Assembly: GCA_963677135.2 (NCBI GenBank)
Contig: CAXXLS010000009.1
Coordinates: 74,834 to 98,833, forward strand
Length of the DNA stretch: 24,000 nt
Source of the DNA: Geopsychrobacteraceae bacterium
Lineage (GTDB): Bacteria > Desulfobacterota > Desulfuromonadia > Desulfuromonadales > Geopsychrobacteraceae
Direction of reading: 5' to 3'
This document shows, one piece after another, positions 23,915 to 24,000 of the stretch. The notes beneath the pieces were generated by a model. That model was not told where the DNA came from and made no database searches. It worked only from the letters and a program-made list of their open reading frames with translations. A program made the position numbers and the translations under genes. How positions within the stretch are numbered: position 1 is the first letter of the stretch; each line of letters begins with the position of its first letter.

Positions 23915-24000
23915 ATGAGCAACCGCCGATTAGCGCTGAAAGCGATCCAGGCCTTTGAAGCCGCCGCCCGGCACGAATCTTTTGGTCTCGCGGCCGAAGA
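23915..24000 (+). CDS. LysR-family transcriptional regulator (GcvA-like), N-terminal fragment running off the window
   Basis: My own translation from the ATG at 23915 is MSNRRLALKAIQAFEAAARHESFGLAAE..., the LysR/GcvA HTH signature (AFEAAARH.SF..AAE). It is divergent from the TRAP operon and absent from the ORF track because it is truncated. Confidence 0.7.
   Translation, partial: MSNRRLALKAIQAFEAAARHESFGLAAE

Overview
This is a bacterial chromosomal window, visibly GC-rich over about 1-16,000. The gene content looks Desulfuromonadales/Deltaproteobacteria-like, but I cannot verify that here. About 25 genes are supportable.

**Left part (1-10,559).** It holds a DUF1653 protein and a small membrane protein. 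A four-domain S1 RNA-binding protein is translationally coupled to an MFS transporter. Next come a DgkA-PAP2 fusion, an ADP-ribosylglycohydrolase, a secreted DUF4015/GHL10-type hydrolase and a divergent argP-argO pair.

**Middle (about 10,560-16,000).** An SLC13/DASS permease has its last codons displaced by an apparently intact IS630-family element. The insertion has a TA target duplication, and the original reading frame can be rebuilt exactly. SrkA/YihE kinase and a class II aldolase follow.

**Right part (about 16,100-23,900).** This stretch is visibly lower in GC. All its genes are on the minus strand: TRAP dctP-dctQ-dctM, a split transketolase, a D-2-hydroxyacid dehydrogenase and azlCD. 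A divergent partial LysR gene sits at the window edge.

**Standout.** The 1.66-kb intergenic region 3764-5423 lies between the S1-domain gene and the dgkA-PAP2 gene. It is a head-to-tail array of four ~460-bp units in an alternating A-B-A-B arrangement.
- No reading frame is conserved between copies.
- Each unit is packed with hairpins, three of which look like plus-strand terminators.
- One hairpin shows a double compensatory change between copies.
- One hairpin module is swapped wholesale between A and B units.
- The junction linkers are hypervariable.

I read it as a candidate array of structured non-coding RNAs or a regulatory array of unknown type. I recognised no rRNA, tRNA or CRISPR array by eye.
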